The notes beneath the pieces were generated by a model. It did not search any database and was not told where the DNA came from. It saw only the letters and a program-made list of their open reading frames with translations. Shown one piece after another: positions 1 to 44,615 of a stretch of DNA of 64,000 nucleotides; the stretch's first letter is position 1; each line of letters begins with the position of its first letter. The stretch lies in assembly GCF_009914755.1 (NCBI RefSeq), contig NC_060939.1; one strand, given 5' to 3'. Made by a program: the position numbers and the translations under genes. The stretch comes from the human T2T-CHM13v2.0 reference genome, Homo sapiens.

Positions 1-39
1 CACCTCCACCCTTCTTTATTTTCTCCTAGAACATAACCG

Positions 40-250
40 AATGGTTAAGAGCATAAACTCTGGAGTTAGGCTGTCTGCTTTAACAGTTATTAACTGTATA
101 GACTTGGGCAAACCAGTTAAATTCTCTGAACTTTCATTTCTTAAGGACACCTATGATACCTACCATATGGTTGTTGTGAGGACAAAAGGAGTGAATACGA
201 GTGCTCAGATAACTACCTGGCAGTATTCGTTAAGTGTTAGCTATTATTAT
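40..250 (+). mobile_element. MIR SINE
   Basis: GGTTAAGAGCAT..CTCTGGAG, GACTTGGGCAA, GGTTGTTGTGAGGA and a TAGCTATTATT tail. Confidence 0.7.
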
Positions 251-1568
251 AAATCTCCAGAAAAACTTTTTCTCCTCAATTACAGCAAGGGCTTCTTTCT
301 AGAAAGGGTGAAATGTTTGTGTTCTTTAGCATTATCTTTGATTGCAGAAAAAACACATATAGGTACAATATCAAGAAGTCAAGTAATCATTAAAATGTTT
401 ATTGATGTAAAGCTGCAATCAAACACTAACTCTTGGGAGAAAAATAAAGGGTGAGGACAAAAAAATCACCTGATTATTGTAAAGCTCTGACTTAGGCAAG
501 TTGTTTTGAGTAAACAGGTATAAAATGCTGAAAGAGCTCATGAGTAGGAATCAAGATTTGAATGTAGGAGTAAAAAATGTGCTTATGGGACACAATTACA
601 GCTGTGCTGATGCTTCACACACATAATGTTTAAGTTCTATGAAAGTGTTGAATGGATCACAAACTAGATCAAGTGATTCAGCAAATCCCTTTAGAAGGCA
701 ATGCATTCATTGAATGCTGTTCCAAATAAAGTGTTGTAATGTTTCTATAAATACAGAAATTCAAAACTTACAATTAACTAGCTGTTGTACGTTTACTGAG
801 ATCTTTAATATCTGAAGTATACAAAAAGGGGCAGGTCAGGCTATAGTGAAGGAGCTTAAGTTTGTTAAGGATTAAGGATTTAGCTCGGCTTCTAGGCCAG
901 CCTTCAGGAATATAAAAAAGGCTTCAGATGACATAAAATCTAAATGTCTCCCAATTTGGCATAGTTTTAAGATAATTTTGCACTGTGGTGTCAAAGCAGA
1001 AGTTGTACAGTATATTGAGGACTTTATTATCGTGGAGCAGAGCCTATTATTATTTTGGGATGTTGAGCTGAAGTCAGACTCATTTCTCATAATCCAAGTA
1101 CATAAAACCTACTTCACCTGATAATCTGAGCCTCAATGTTAAGTGTTTGAAACTCAGAGTCCCCTAATCCTATACCAGTATCTTTTCCCCTGTGTTACAG
1201 TATTTATGACTCTGCATGTGCTAAGGAACAGCTTCCTTCTGATTCCTTAAAAGGAAAAACTCAAATAAATATCCAGGACATACGCAACTTTGGAGTTAAA
1301 AGTTCAGTAATTTCACTGGAGACAGTTCAGGGAATGTATTTCTTCTAGGCTAACCACACACCCACAAAAAAGGGAGTGCTTTTCACACATGGTTTCATCT
1401 TGTGCATTAGGAATACAATCCAGTCACTGCATAACCACTGTACGATGTCAATTTCACCAGGTAATAGTATTTTATAACACAGAGAAGTGGAGGTGAGGAA
1501 TGGGTATATTTAAAGGCTATGATTTTACATAATTTACATAAAAAGTTCTTTCTATACAAGATGATGGT

Positions 1569-1715
1569 GGTTGGGTGCAGTGGCTCATGTCTGTAGTCTC
1601 AACACTTTGGTGGGCTGACATGGGAGGGTATCTTGAGGCCAGGAGTTCAAGACCAGCCTGGGAAATATAGGAAGACCCTGTCTTTATTAAAACAAAACAA
1701 AAAAAAACAAACACA
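1569..1715 (+). mobile_element. Alu monomer (FLAM-like)
   Basis: Left monomer only, with an A-rich tail. Confidence 0.8.
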
Positions 1716-3455
1716 AAACCCCCCAAAACAAAAGGTGATGCCTTCACAAGCCCAAAGGAGCTCTGTCTATAGTTTTGATTTTGTATATCATTTATAATTA
1801 AAATGTCACTTTTTCCTGAAGAGCCAAAAGTAGTAATTTAGATAGAATGTTGCTGCAACAATTCAGGAAGAAAAAAATTAAAAACCAATACTTAGAATTT
1901 ACCAAGCAGCTATTTACTCAGTATGACTCAGGACACAAGCACTGAAGGGTGTATAGTCTAGCGGACTTAGAATCTAAATTAAATAGGAACAAGGATGTAC
2001 ACAGCATGTAGAAGAAAAAAAAAAGCAAATTATCAAAAAGAAGTAGAAATACTTTTTTTTCTTTTTTTAGCAAATGTTTAAATTTGAATTATATTAGTTT
2101 ATCCAGTGGGACATCTCTGGCTTCAAAGGTATTAATGGCTAAACAAGATAGTCATCATTTCAGTGAAAATAATAATGGTGTGATGTCAAAGAACATTAAG
2201 ATGTTTAACAATTTTTGAAATTTATAGCCAAGAAAAAGGATGATTTGGAAATGATGTAATCAGAATTTTTCCACGTCAAGTTCTTGTAGGGAAAACTTCC
2301 CAGCAGCTACCCATTCTACAAGTCAAAATGTGTAGGGAAGGAAGAAAGAACCTAAGACAAAATGCCCTTGAAAGTTGTACCTTAGTCCACTGGATGCTAC
2401 GTCCTCAAAAGACATCACAGTATGGATAATGAACTAATATATAAGTATGAATATCATATATCTAACTGAGAAATAAACAGGGATGGCCATGGTATACAAA
2501 ACTCTCTATTAAGCCTAATTATTACTTGAGTTTTGATGATAAAGTTCTGAGGGTCCTATTGACAGCAGTGCAAATAGCTTCCTTCTGTAGCCAGTCATGG
2601 AGAAAAAAGTAACATACTACATATAAAGAAAAAATGGGTTTTACAACACGCAATACTATATTTTACATTTGAGTTTGAAATTGCTTAGATCTGGATCTTC
2701 CTAAAAGTATAAGTTAGAACTAAAGCTTTCAAAGTCTTTTCCAAAATAGTATGCTTTTAGAAACACAATACATTTAGTATTTCGGAACAACTTTTTGAGG
2801 GTAGGGACTGTACCTTACCTTTGCACTTAACATTAACGAGCATATAGCAAGTAATCTGTTTATTATGGAGAGCCTCACTACCTCAACCAGTTGACATTTT
2901 ATTACACACCAAGTACCTGGCAGCTCAATGCCTGTGTTTATCATCTAGAAACAAGGACATGCAATAAATAGAGAAATTTAGACATACTCTTAATCATACC
3001 TATTAACATTAGTTGGGACATAAAACTATTAATTTTCCAATAAAAGTTTTGGGAAACCTGAAATAAGACTTTAGAGAGCTGTATAATCAGAATGACTAAC
3101 AAGAAAAGAGATATATATTAGTCAACCTTGAAGAAAAAAATTCCAGAGATTGAACTTTAATTTTGAGGTTCTTTTTTTTTTCCCATGCCCCCTGAGGCTC
3201 TGTTCTTTATATACAACTTTAATATACAATTAAGTTGCAGTTGTTACTTACAACCTACTTGTTGAATGTTGACCCAAATATGTTTCTTTGGTATCTTTAA
3301 CACTTGGCTTATAATGGCTGTGTTACAACTTACTCAGATAACTGCTAATAAACATTACTGGAATGTACTGGAGGAAGCTTTTCCCACTATATAGTCAGCT
3401 GTTGCTTTTTTCTTAAAAGATGAAACAAAAGACTAATTAACAGACAAACATAACA

Positions 3456-3821
<366 letters not shown>

Positions 3822-4493
3822 TCATGGAAGCTGTGTATATTTTATAAATATATTTTAAAGTATTTGATTTCAAAGATATAATGCAGTTTCTCGAATATCA
3901 CACTACTCAACAGTTGCATTAACATTTCTAAAGAAGCCTAAGTTTCATGTCATTTAAACACAAAACTTATGAGTCCTTCCATATCAACTTATATTTTCAA
4001 AAAACTGTTAGGTCCCACTACCTAATAAAGATACAGAAAAAGAAAGTCATACTGTATTCACTTATTTCAAATTATAAAAGTCTATCATGTGTCTAAGCAA
4101 ATCTTAAGATACATGACATAATACTATTCTAAAACATTAGCTACTCCCTTTAAGACTACACCAAGCACATGCCAATCATTATAATTACTGTAGCTTTTAT
4201 TAATTCTAAACTTGTCAATATTTAATTGATGAAATTTAAGGAAAACTGTAGTTTAAATAGTTTGTCAAAGTATAATTTCTACACAGAAGTCTTCAGAAAC
4301 TTTCAAAGCTATCTTTTGCTATTTCGTATCTTGGAGATTTGTAGAATGTAGTCATACTCATTAACTACAAAATGGAGCCTGACAGCAGAAATGGCTGATT
4401 ATCAGACTATGCCAATAATAACATTGCACTAAATCAATACTATTGGATATTCTTAAATGCCTAACATTTTAGGTTTATTTTCATTGCTATACT

Positions 4494-5637
<1,144 letters not shown>

Positions 5638-6069
5638 CCTGGAAGATGAGGTCCAATTCAAATCCAGGCTCCACATTGCAGGTTTTGTGGATAAATGCAA
5701 TAGAATAATTCTGGAAGCAAGTAATTCTGGTGATTCAGTGTATTCCAGGACTCCCATGACAACTCTTTCTTACCCTAGAAAATGCTTTGCATTAACTCTT
5801 TGTACCTTTGGTGTAAATCCAGTGTCACAACTGTCCTGGCCAGGTCCAGGACATTTTTTAAACAAATCCTGGTTTAAATCTAAATGAAAATACAGAATAT
5901 ACTGTAAAGCTTAATAATCAACACTAATTCAAGTGTATCTGGGGAGTGAATCCTTATCTGGACTCCAGGCATCTCCCATCTGAAAACTTCTTAGTGCAGA
6001 GAGTAATAATTCTGTATATAAAAGAAATTGTAACAAGCTTTGCTATGAAAAATGTATTGTCAGCTATGA

Positions 6070-7034
<965 letters not shown>

Positions 7035-8459
7035 TAAAAAAGGGGGGAGGTATAGTGTGTTGCAAAGTTTTATGACAATTTTTGTAGCTAGAAGTATTCG
7101 AAATTAAGGGAAAAAGAAAAACACAGAAGTAAATACCTACCAACATATGTCCAGTAATACTATTTCCATCTATGGTAATCCAGAAATAAAAGTCTATATT
7201 GAAAGATAAGAAGTAGTGTGTCCAAATACATCACTGTAGTTGGGTCATTTTATCCTGATTTAATTTTTTCTATTTAAATAAACAAAGGCAACTGCATTAC
7301 CATCTTGTTCTTAAATAAGAAGATAACTGGGAATGACTGATGACACTGTTAACTTAAACCTTATTTTTTCAGAGTCCTTGACTAACTTAAGTAACTAAGT
7401 AAGCATTTAAATATGACTTCTATTATCAGCATTCAGTAGCTAATAATCATTACTCCAATTAGTTATCCATTAATATTAATTGTGTGAACAACTTTGCAAA
7501 ATATAGAAATGTTCTAAGTTTGAGAAAACTACTGTTTCAAAGGTCAGAAACCTAGCTTTGAACCCACACAACCATGGTTAAGGTTAGGACATGATGTGTA
7601 CCGAGTAAATTTAGAGGCATTAGGATTTAATTCCTCAGTAGCCCTTAGAGTTCAATGTTGGTATTTGTGATTCCCCCAAATGGACAGAGATACTTACAAC
7701 CAATTCTCACATCTCAAGATTCATGTAAATAGTGCCAATTGCCTTTGAAATCACTGCCAAATATTAATTTAAAAAACCATCTAATGATACTTACTTCCTA
7801 ACTTTTAACCATTATTCTCATCACGATCACTCATTACAAAACTCATCCACTTTGCCCCAAGTAGAAGCAAATTATCTGATAACCCTCTATCACCTCAATA
7901 AACTACCTGCCCCTACACTTGCAAAGTTAGCAAAGTCAAGTATAGAAAACCTAAGATAGAAGGACTAAGAAGGCATAGAGACCTTGGGTAGTCCGTCAGT
8001 TCTGTATACTCCTTAGCAGCACAGCAACAAATCAGCAATGACAGACAGTAATTGTCCTAATCTAGGTCAATACAACAGCCAAAACTTTGTAAACACTCTC
8101 TTTGGCTCTTCCTGGAGATCAACACTGTTCTAATTAAAATGCTGTAGCATGAAAGGGCTTAATAGCAACACAAGTGTTCAAAAATACTTATTTATCTAAT
8201 ATCATTTATCCAAGAATCTTAAAAATCACTTAATACTAATCAATTCAATAACTGAGAGGGGTAGGTACTAAGGAAACTGCAAAGGCCAAGAACAGAAATT
8301 AGGAGTATATGCTACTCAATAATCTTTGTCAGCTAAAAACTCTGCTGACTTATATAGCTCTGAGTATGTAAGATAAAGTATTATCTACATGCCTTCAAAA
8401 AACCTAAATTTAGGTATAAATGTTACCAAGATAATACCTGTTCTTACTATATGTCATTT

Positions 8460-10576
8460 GTACTTAATTTTTCTGAAGTCTGATTTATTGAAGTTTGATT
8501 TTTGAAGATACTGTTTAGTCAATGATCTGACCCAGAGAAAAATGTGAAAAATATCTGATGTAATATTACTTAATACTTTGAAACTAAACATTACACAGTA
8601 TTTTAGATATCTTATTTTGAATCTATTATTTTAAATGTTAGATTAAAAGTCTACAGTATCACATATACCCATTGAGTAATCTTTCCATTTGAGGCGAAAG
8701 GTTTATGCTAAGCTATACATACCATCTTCCTGAATTTCTGAGATGGATACCTGACGGAAGGTGCAATCGACAGCTATAAAAACATTTTGTGTGTATGTAA
8801 AGTTAATGAACCTACAAAAGCATCAAACTCCTGTCCACGGCCTCTTTAGCACCATACTCCAACCAAGTTAACTGGTTCAAACTGCTACATAAGACAGTGA
8901 TAACTACAGGAATAAGCACAAAGAAAGGTTATATTTTATCATGTTAAAAGTTTCACAGAGATAACAGGTTTACAATTCAAATTCCCATGTCCTGAAAACT
9001 GGCCTCTTAAATAACTCACCTCTCAAATCACAGACGTGCAATAATCTGAAATTATTATAATCTAAAGACTTAAGGAAATAACCAATTATTACAATTCATG
9101 TTCACTGTGAGGAATATCTAGCTATATAAAATATAGCTACACAAAACCAGAACTCAGTGAAACATAACTTTTAAGAGCAAGAAATCTGCTTGAGATTCGT
9201 ATCAGTAGTCATTAAACGAATAAATGCTAAAGGTTTACATTCAAGTGCTTGAAGGACTACTGCAGAGAAATTCAATTACTAAAAACCTTTGCTCAGATGC
9301 CTGTCAGGCATATTAAGGATGGGATGATGTGTGAACCACCAGCAGTGGTATTAAACCCCAATCATTTTCAAGACAAGTAAGATTTAGAGCTGTTAAGACA
9401 TTCCAGAATTTGGTTCACTGACACTAAAAGTGGTATTTTAAAAAAAGACCTCATACAGTCTGCTAGCATATCATACTAACCATTAGAGGAGGTAGTGACA
9501 CAAAGTGTTGGAATTTAAAATACAAGATCAGCATTAACTGTAAACCATTCTAAATCACTGTATGTAACTCTTTAAAACATATGTAGTGAAAAAGAATTAG
9601 AATTCATATAAAATCAGAATTTAAAAAAGCAAAAAATAGAAATATTTAGTGAATTTACTCAAATGAAGGAAGTTTAAATGATACAGGAATGAAAAATATT
9701 AGAAATCTATGTACAATAAAAAGTAAATATAAATTAGCCAAGTCCATGGACATTTCCAGTTAAACATTCATACAAAAACATATTCACCTTTTTCCTTAGA
9801 TAGGGATAACACATTCATACATGACATGATGATTCTGGCAAAAAATATCAGAGATACTAAAACTATTCTCAAGTTTTAAAAATGGTGCAGAGAGTGTTTC
9901 AAGAACACTCTACAAGAATGTAAACCCCTGATTTAATTCCATGATTTTATCATGCCAGAAGCATGGTTGGTTTTAGTTTTTTAAAACAGATATTGGTATC
10001 ATAACACATTGGCTTATTAATAATTAAGGCATTTTACATACACAGTATCTCAGTGTGAACAAAAAATGTTTAATATTGATTTTTTTCATGTTTTAAACTT
10101 TCAGTCTTTTCAACATAAGAAAATAGCTGCACACATTTAAGTGTTTTTTTTTTTTAATAAAACACAATCTTAAAAAAGTTAATGATGATTGGTCTTGGTG
10201 GTTCCTAGTGGTAAGTCCTGTCTTATTTTTTCACATAGTATAAATTATATTTTTATGCAGGATTGCATTAAAATCCAGTAGTTCTTAATGTTACCAAATA
10301 ACCATATAACTCCCAAATGCAGCAAAGGTGAACAATCTTCATAGTGCACTTTCACCTCAATGAAATTGAAGCTGCTCCTTTTGGATATTTTTCCACTTCA
10401 ATGTGAAGCAGATTGCTGGGATTTCATTAGTGGTTTCATTACGTGGCTTTTTAAAAGAAAAAATAGTTTTGATTTCTTCCACAGTTCACAGTTCTCAGAC
10501 GAGACTTTTTTTTTTGTAAATTATACAGTTCAGGGATGTTTTGAAAAACCAAATGCTCTTTAGTAGATGAAATCTC
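8460..10576 (-). other. KATNBL1: KATNBL1 3'UTR (distal end uncertain)
   Basis: AU-rich sequence after the stop with no recognisable repeats. ATTAAA variants near 10155, 10070 and 9935; first AATAAA I found is at 8489-8484; Pumilio-type TGTACATA at 9715-9708. Confidence 0.55.
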
Positions 10577-34146
<23,570 letters not shown>

Positions 34147-35223
34147 CTAAACGTTCAGGAACTGGCAATACCAAGGACATCAAGAAGTAGAGATGGCAAG
34201 TCCATTCCAAGATGGCCATTATAATAGGAACAGCTCCGGTCTGCAGCTCCCAGGGTGATCAACACAGAAGACGGGTGATTTCTGCATTTCCAACTGAGGT
34301 ACCTGGTTCATCTCACTGGGACTGGCTGGACAGTGGATGCAGCCTACAGAGGGCGAGCTGAAGCAGGGCAGGGTGTCACCTCACCCGGGAAGCGCTAGGG
34401 GTCAGGAGATTTCCCTTTCCTAGCCAAGGGAATACATGACAGACTCTACCTGGAAAAACGGGACACTCTAGCCCAGATACTGCACTTTTCCAATGGTCTT
34501 AGCAAATGGCAGACCAGGAGATTCTATCCTATGCCTGGCTCGGCAGGTCCCACGCCCACGGAGCCTTGCTTACTGCCAGCGCAGCAGTCTGAGATAGACC
34601 TGCGAAGCAGCAGCCTGGCAGGGGGAGGGGCGTCCGCCACTGCTGAGGCTTGAGTAGGTAAACAAAGTGGCTGGGGGAAGCTCGAACTGGGCAGAGCCCA
34701 CTGCAGCTCTGCAAGGCTTGCTGCCTCTAACACTCCACCTCTGGGGTCAGGGCATAGCTGAACAAAAGGCAGCAGAAACTTCTGCAGACTTAAACTTCCC
34801 AGTCTGATAGCTCTGAAGAGAGCAGTGGTTCTCCCAACACGACGTTTGAGCTCTGAGAATGGACAGACTGCCTCCTCAAGTGGGTCCTTGACCCCTGTGT
34901 AGCCTAACTGGGAGACACCTCCTAGTAGAGGCCGACTGACACCTCATACAGGTGGGTTCCCCTCTGGAACGAAGCTTCCAGAGGAAGGATCAGGCAGCAA
35001 TATTTGCTGTTCTGCAGCCTCTGCTGGTGATACCCAGGCAAACAGGGTGTGGAGTGGACCTCCAGTAAACTCCAACAGACCTGCAGCTGAGGGGCCTGTC
35101 TATTAGAAGGAAAACTAACAAACAGAAAGGAATAGCATCAACATCAACAAAAAGGACATCCACACCAAAACCCCATCCGTAAGTCACCAACATCAAACAC
35201 CAAAGGTAGATAAAACCACAAAG

Positions 35224-36239
35224 ATGGGGAGAAACCAGAGCAGAAAGGCTGAAAATTCAAAAAATCAGAACACCTCTTCTCCACCAAAGGAACACAACTC
35301 CTCACCAGCAAGAGAACAAAACTGGATGGAGAATGAGTTTGACAGGTTGACAGAATTAGGCTTCAGAAGGTCGGTAATAACAAACTTCTCCAAGCTAAAG
35401 GAGCATGTTCTCACTTGTTGCAAGGAAGCCAAAAACCTTGAAAAAAGGTTAGACAAATGGTTAACTAGAATAACCAGTGTAGAGAAGAACTTAAATGACA
35501 TGATGGAGCTGAAAATCACAGTACGAGAACTTCATAAAGCATACACAAGCTTTAATAGCTGATTTGATCAAGTGGAAGAAAGGATATAAGTGAATGAAGA
35601 TCAAATTAATGAAATAAAGCAAGAAGACAAGATTAGAGAAAAAAGAGTGAAAAGAAACGAACAAAGCCTCCAAGAAACATGGGACTATGTGAAAAGACCA
35701 AATCTATGTTTGATTGTGTACCTGAAAGTGACGGGGAGAATGCAACCAGTCAGAAAACACTCTTCAGGGTATTATTCAGTAGAACTTCCCCAACCTAGCA
35801 AGGCAGGCCAACGTTCAAATTCAGGAAATACAGAGAACACCACAAAGATACTCCTCAAGAAGAGCAACCCCAAGACACTTAATTGTCAGACTCACTAAGG
35901 TTGAAATGAAGGGAAAAATGTTAAGGGCAGCCAGAGAGAAAGGTCAGGTTACCCACAAAGGGAAGACTAACAGCGCATTTCTCGGCAGAAACCCTACAAG
36001 CCAGAAGAGAGTGGGGGCCAATATTCAACATTCTGAAAGAAAAGAATTTTCAACCCAGAATTTCATATCCAGCCAAACTAAGCTTCATAAGTGAAGGAGA
36101 AATAAAATCCTTTACAGACAAGCAAATACCAAGAGATTTTGTCACCACCAAGCCTGCCTTACAAGAGCTCCTGAAGGAAGCACTAAACATGGTTACGAAC
36201 AACCAGTACCAGCCACTGCAAAAATATGCCAAATTGTAA
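35224..36239 (+). pseudogene. L1 ORF1p, disrupted
   Basis: MGRNQSRKAENSKNQ...; premature TGA at 35560-62 and later frameshifts; native TAA at 36237-39. Confidence 0.92.
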
Positions 36240-36302
36240 AGACCATCGATGCTATGAAGAAACTGCATCAATTAACAGGTGAAATAACTAGCTAGCATCA
36301 TA

Positions 36303-40123
<3,821 letters not shown>

Positions 40124-40440
40124 ACAATGAGAACACTTGGACACAGGGCGGGGAACATCACACACCAGGGCCTGTCATGGGGTGGGGGGTGGGGGAGGGA
40201 CAGCATTAGAAATACCTAATGTAAATGACAAGCTGACAGGTGCAGCAAACCAACATGGCACATGTATACCTATGTAACAAACCTGCATGTTGTGCACATG
40301 TACCCTGGCACTTAAAGAATAAAAAATAAATAAAGAAATAAAAGAAGTGGAGATAAAGGTAACCCTAAGAACAAGTAGATAGATTGAATATCCATTTAAG
40401 ACACAGTTGGCTCACTAGATCCTCTTTCTCATTCCAGTAA

Positions 40441-40629
<189 letters not shown>

Positions 40630-40970
40630 TGAGTACCTGGGATTACGGGCTCCCGTCACCATGCCTGGCTAATTTCTGTATTTTTAGTAGAGATGGGGTT
40701 TCACCATATTGGCCAGGCTGGTCTCAAACTCCTGACCTCAAGTGATCCACCCACCTTGGCCTATCCAAGTGTTGGGATTACAGGTGTAAGCCACTGCGCC
40801 CAGCCTAGGAACATATTCTAAAAAGGGGGATGATCAAGTGAAAGTTTACATACTAAATGTTGAGACCGCTAATCTTTCTGCTTCTTGCCTCACAGAGGCT
40901 TGCAACCAGGCTTATACACTCCAGGGAAGAGTACAGAGGATACTTTCTTAGGAATTCTGACTAATCTTGT

Positions 40971-41008
40971 AACACACAGACACACAGACACATAGACACA
41001 CAGACACA

Positions 41009-41043
<35 letters not shown>
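40971..41043. repeat. (CA)n / (CACAGA)n microsatellite
   Basis: Read directly from the sequence. Confidence 0.95.
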
Positions 41044-41046
<3 letters not shown>

Positions 41047-43359
41047 TCTCTCTAAAATACTAACATCAATGGTGGTCTGTTTCCAAAGAACTGTATGTCA
41101 ACTAAGGTGGTAGTTACCTAATTATCAAAACTAATAGAGCTATACACTAAAAAGGGTGAATTTTTATTGTATGTAAATTGTACTTTGATAAACCCACTTC
41201 TAAAAAATATTTTAAAGAATTGCATCTATAAAACAAAAATGGGACAAAAAACCCAACAAAAATACTCTTAAAAATTAAAAATAGGACATAATAAAGATAG
41301 TAAAAAACTCAACAGAAGTTGGAAGAGAAACCTGAAGCTATCTCCCAGAACATAGGAAGAAAAAAAAAACCAGAAGACTGGTTTAGAGGGACCAACATCC
41401 AAATAAAAAGAATTTTAGAAAGAGTACAAGACAGTAAAAGAGAAATCAAACAAAGAGATAATTTAAGAAAACTGTACAAGGTTGAAGGACATAAATTTCT
41501 AGATGGAAAGTGTATCATAATGGATGAAAACAGACCTACAAGGTACATCATTGCTACATTTCACAGTAGTAGGGAAGCTAGAGAAGGTGAAAATATACAA
41601 ACAAATAAAAAATAAATCCTAAAATCCAAACTTGGTCATGTAAAAATGACAGATACAGAGTAAAGCCTTCAAAATTCTCAGGCAACCTAAAATTTTATAT
41701 CCAGCCAAATTATCAAGTGTGAGGGTAAGAGAAACGTATCTTCAGATACACAGAGTTCCCAAAAATTTCTTCACAGTAAGCAATAAGAGAAGGATAAACC
41801 AAAAAAAAGAAAGATAAGAAATGGAAATCCAACAGGATATATGGAAGGTATTTCCCAGGATGATTATGAAAGAAGGTCCCAAGATGAAGGCTGTGCACCA
41901 GAAGTAGAGGAAAACTGGTATACATCGGAGCACATAAGGAAAAAAGTATCCACAAAAATGAAATTAATTTATAATAACTACTTGGTGTTCATTAGAGAGG
42001 AGATGGAGACAACTGGGGAATAGTTAGAAGGAATGGCACATTTTTCAAGTGCTATAAGAAAAGAAGTGTCAACCCAGAATCCTATGTTCAGTAAAAATAT
42101 CCTTCAGGAATGAAAAGAAAACTGACAATCTCAGATGAAAGAAAATTAAGAGAATTTGTTACCAGCAGATCTACCCTAAAAGAATGACTACAGGAAGTTC
42201 TCTTTAGCCAAACAAAACAAATGAACAAACAAACAAACAAATGATGAAAGAAGGCATCTAGGAACACCAGGGAGACAGAAAATGGTGAGCAAAAATATAA
42301 GAAAATGCAATAGACTTTCATTCTTGAGTTTTCCAAATTATGTTTAATTGTTGAAGTAAAAATTATAACACTATCTGATGTTGTTCAAAATACAGGTAAA
42401 GAAACTAAGACTTTTATAGGATAAGTGGTGGAGGTTAAAGGGACATAAAAAGAGGTAAGATTTCTACATTTCACTCAAACTGGTAAAATGACCACATAAG
42501 TAGACTGTGATATGTATAATGTAATAACTAGAGCTATCACTGAATTATCAAGAATTATACTCAAAAACACTATAGGGAAATCAAAATGGAATGAGAAACG
42601 TGTTTACGTAACCTGGAGAAAGGCAAACAAAACAAAATAACAAACCAACAAATAAAACCAGGGAAACCAAAGAACAGAGAGAACAGAAAACAAAAAATAA
42701 ACTGATAGACTTAAGCTCTGACATACTGATAACTGTATTATATGTAAATGGTCTAAAAGTCATTTAGTTAATTAAAAGCCAGAGATTGATGGAGTAAATT
42801 CAGAAACATGACCTAATTATACGTTGTCCACAAGAAACTCACTTCAAAAATAATGATGTAGGCATGCAGAAAGTAAAAGGAAGGGGGGAAAAAAGTATCA
42901 TGCAAATACTAACTTTTTTTTTTTTCTTAATTCGCTTTGTCGCCCAGGTTGGAGTGAGTGGTGCGATCTCAGCTTACTGCAACCTCCGCCTCTCGCATTC
43001 AAGCGATTCTCCTGCCTGGATGGGACTATAGGTGCCTGCCATCACACCCAGCTAATTTTTCTATTTTTAGTCGAGATGGGGTTTCGCCACGTTAGCTAGT
43101 CTGGTCTTGAACTCCTGACCCCAAGTGATCCACCCACCTCAGCCTCCCAAAGTGCCGGGATTACAGGTATGAGCCACTGCGACTGGCCACAAATATTAAC
43201 TTTTAAAAAGCAGGCCAGGGTGGTGGCTCATGCCTGTAATCCCAGCACTGTGGTAGGCTGACGAGGCAGGAGGATTGCCTGAGTGCAGGAGTTCAAGACC
43301 AGCCAGGGCAACATACTAAGATTCCATTACAATAAAAATAATACAAATGTAAAATAAGC

Positions 43360-43360
<1 letters not shown>

Positions 43361-43396
<36 letters not shown>
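43361..43396. repeat. (CA)n microsatellite
   Basis: Read directly from the sequence. Confidence 0.95.
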
Positions 43397-43399
<3 letters not shown>

Positions 43400-43420
43400 T
43401 ATATAATATATATGTACATA

Positions 43421-43663
43421 CAGGTTGAGTATCCCTTACCTGAAATCATGAAATGCTTGGAAGCAGAAGTGTTTTGGATCTTTTATTTTTTCAGATTTTG
43501 AAATATGTCCATTATATACTTACTGGTTACACACCCCAAATCCCAAATCCCAAATGCTTCAATAAGCATTCCGTTTGAGTGCTCAAAAAATTTCAGTGCT
43601 CAAAAAGCCTTGGATTTTGGACCATTTCAGATTTGGATTTTTAGATTTGGAATACTCAACCTG
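43421..43663. mobile_element. Tigger4/MER46-like DNA transposon MITE
   Basis: TIRs CAGGTTGAGTATCCC / GGAATACTCAACCTG flanked by a TA duplication. Confidence 0.85.
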
Positions 43664-44102
43664 TATGTGTTTTTAAAGAATCTATAAAATCATTTTTTTC
43701 TCTAGATGACAACGTACATAGTCTGCACCCTTTCATATGGGAGACATGTTTACTTCTTCAGAGGCTAAAACAGTTTTCTAAAACTTTTTAAGAATGAAGG
43801 ACTTGACACCATTAGTCATTATAAAATGCAAGTCGAAACTACTTGCAAACCTGTTGCACAAGCAATGAAATAAAACTTCGTAACCATTAGAATGGCTATA
43901 CTAAAAAAGACAGACAATAACAATGTTGAGAAAGATGTGGAAGAACTGGATCCCTCACGCATTACTACGGGAATGTAAAAATACATTCAAACTTTGGAAA
44001 ATGTATTTTCCAAATATTACTTGAACCCGGGAGGCGGAGGTTGCAGTGAGCCCAGATCACGCCATTGCACTCCAGCCTGGGTGAGAAAATGGCAGTTTCT
44101 TA

Positions 44103-44615
<513 letters not shown>

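Noticed and set aside
41-454. 137-aa ORF at the window start
   Set aside because: It overlaps a MIR and shows no recognisable homology or splice context.
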